Source of the DNA: Octopus bimaculoides
Taxonomy: Eukaryota
NCBI RefSeq assembly: GCF_001194135.2
Contig: NC_068983.1
Location: 79,823,287 to 79,887,286 of the forward strand
Length of the DNA: 64,000 bases
Reading direction: 5' to 3'
The notes under the pieces are model-generated. The model searched no databases. It saw only the letters and a list, made by a program, of their open reading frames with translations, and was not told where the DNA came from. Positions 63,141 to 64,000 of this stretch are shown here, one piece after another (positions within the stretch are counted from its first letter, which is position 1; each line of letters begins with the position of its first letter). Both the position numbers and the translations under genes were made by a program.

Positions 63141-63944
63141 ATACAGCTCATATTTTCAACTAAAATTTAAATTATCGAAATGCAATCATTATGTTTATTT
63201 TGTACAGAATTTCCTTTTTTGGTTTTTAATAAATATATTAGATATGTGAAATCTTTAATAAATTTTATATGTATTCTATCATTCTGTAAAATGACACAGT
63301 TTCATGTATCAGAAAATAGTGCATCGTGTGTTGATAGTTGTCAACAAATGTGTCATTTTAGGTAATAATACACACAAGATTTATTGAAGATTTCGTAAAT
63401 TTAATAGGTCTTTTTTTTGCAAATATTTTTGTTTCAAATAAACATAATTGTAATTTTGTAATTTTATTTTAAAATATAGGTAATACCTCATGTATTTAAA
63501 TGTGTGTGTGTGTATTTAAATACTTGTATTCTTTTACTTTTATTCTTTTACCTCTGTATTTAATTTTTTTTTTTTTTTTGGTAAGCCTGGTACTTATTCT
63601 ATCAGTCTCTTTTGCCAGTATAAACACACCAACACTGGTCGTTAAGTACTGGTGGGGGACAAACACAGACCATAGACACACACACACACACATAGTTATA
63701 TATATGTGTATGTATGTATTCTCTTTTACTTGTTTCAGTCATTTGACTGCAACCATGCTGGAGCACCGCCTTTAGTCGAGCAAATCAACCCCAGGATTTA
63801 TTCTTTGGAAACCTAGTACTTACTCTATCAGTCTATTTTACCGAACCGCTAAGTTACGGGAACGTAAACACACCAGCATCGGTTGTCAAGCGATGGTGGG
63901 AGGGACAAACACAGACACTAACATATACACACACATACATTATA

Positions 63945-63994
<50 letters not shown>

Positions 63995-64000
63995 CATATA

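Noticed and set aside
61777-63170. Many His/Thr/Tyr/Ile-rich ORFs (also 1760-2102, 22883-23214, 36257-36772)
   Set aside because: Translations of CA, TA and TTA microsatellites.

Overview
AT-rich eukaryotic non-coding DNA, dense in microsatellites and transposon remnants, with four N gaps. The SINE, RTE-type, Dong/R4-type and mariner content looks like an octopod cephalopod genome; this is inferred from recalled repeat families, not from a database hit. No intact host protein-coding gene could be identified, and nearly all ORFs on the track are artefacts of N runs or simple repeats. Well-supported elements: two different R4/Dong-clade LINE 3' fragments inside (TAA)n tracts; a Helitron with a PIF1 helicase C-terminus; a near full-length DD34D mariner carrying a nested Tigger-like MITE; an internally deleted second mariner; hAT, Tc2-like and TTAA-type MITEs; RTE (BovB-like), RTE-X-like and CR1-like LINE fragments; and several tRNA-derived SINE families (named A, B, C here for convenience). 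A CpG-retaining island at about 26.7-30.8 kb looks like a possibly bidirectional promoter. The most unusual observations are an inverted pair of minimal hammerhead-ribozyme-like motifs (18663-18775), a 74-bp locally templated inverted insertion at the tip of a perfect hairpin (33540-34306), and several other 170-205 bp near-identical local duplications. All translations and alignments were done by eye, so coordinates and identities of decayed repeats are approximate.
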